A stretch of DNA of 64,000 bases, taken from contig NW_021833962.1 of NCBI RefSeq assembly GCF_006345805.1, forward strand, positions 1-64,000, given 5' to 3'. The translations under genes were made by a program, and so were the position numbers. Below the pieces are notes generated by a model. It was given only the letters and a program-made list of their open reading frames with translations. It made no database searches and was not told the DNA's origin. Shown one piece after another: positions 63,471 through 64,000 of the stretch. The DNA is from Octopus sinensis. Taxonomy: Eukaryota. How positions within the stretch are numbered: the first letter of the stretch is position 1; each line of letters begins with the position of its first letter.

Positions 63471-64000
63471 AAACAGGGGAAGGATGCAGGTTCGCTCATC
63501 CCAGGCCCTATGGAAATTGCATCACACCCACTTGACCAAAATGCCTTAACCAAAACCAGAACAAATACAAGCTGCCCCAGAAATATGCAGACATAGTGCG
63601 TAATGCCCCAACAGGAGAAGGCGCACATTTGCAGAGGAAATGCAGACAGCGGCAGCAGAACAAAGAAATTTTGTGGAAATGGCAGAGAAAATTGTGGGAC
63701 AACTGGCCTGGATAATCGTCTTCAGAGCCAGGGGCACTCACAATAGCACTCAAGACCACCACAATCAAGGGACCCAGGGTGGCCACCGCTGACGCCGGCC
63801 CAGGTGCCACACCGTCAGCCTTTATTGACACCCCGGGTGTCTCACCAGTGCTTCTGCTGAATGTCAGAGGTCGGTGAAACCCACTAATATGGGTAAAATT
63901 CCTTACCTTAGGGACTTGAGCACAAGCAACCATGCAATATGCATAGCACTGACTGAAACGCACCTGTCAAGCAGTATAGCAGATGCAGAAATACACATAC
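63470..64000 (+). mobile_element. Related LINE, ORF1 end and ORF2 start, cut by the window edge
   Basis: VLLLNVRG and KIPYLRDLSTSNHAICIALTETHLSSSIADAEIHI match IFLLNVGG and KISFLRDLVTCNQAICMALTETHLGPDIGDAEIHI of the minus-strand LINE. Confidence 0.85.

Overview
AT-rich, microsatellite- and retroposon-dense animal DNA. The tRNA-derived SINEs resemble the octopus OR/OK families, so a cephalopod (Octopus) genome is my inference. (1) 131-16811, minus strand: ten coding exons of an ELMO/CED-12 gene that I reconstructed in frame by hand; the gene continues past the left edge. One intron holds a ~2.1-kb palindromic Penelope-like element with a hammerhead ribozyme in each arm. (2) 23843-24580, plus strand: a TMEM70-like mitochondrial membrane protein exon, divergent from ELMO, with a possible 1-nt frameshift near its start. 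(3) ~27.4-55.3 kb: a tandem array of 11 units of ~2 kb plus a partial 12th. Each unit has a SINE, a ~200-260-bp fold-back with TTAGGG repeats in its loop, microsatellites, and a CpG-containing core. The core looks like a promoter, an ATG-less leader, an invariant AAAG|GTAAGA 5' splice site and an Sm-like motif, with no coding exon in the unit. Single units carry private insertions (solo LTR, hAT MITE, CR1-like LINE). (4) 55-64 kb: SINEs, a third hammerhead motif and two related decayed LINEs arranged head-to-head. Most ORFs in the supplied track are microsatellite or repeat artefacts. All functional claims about the array are untested inferences.
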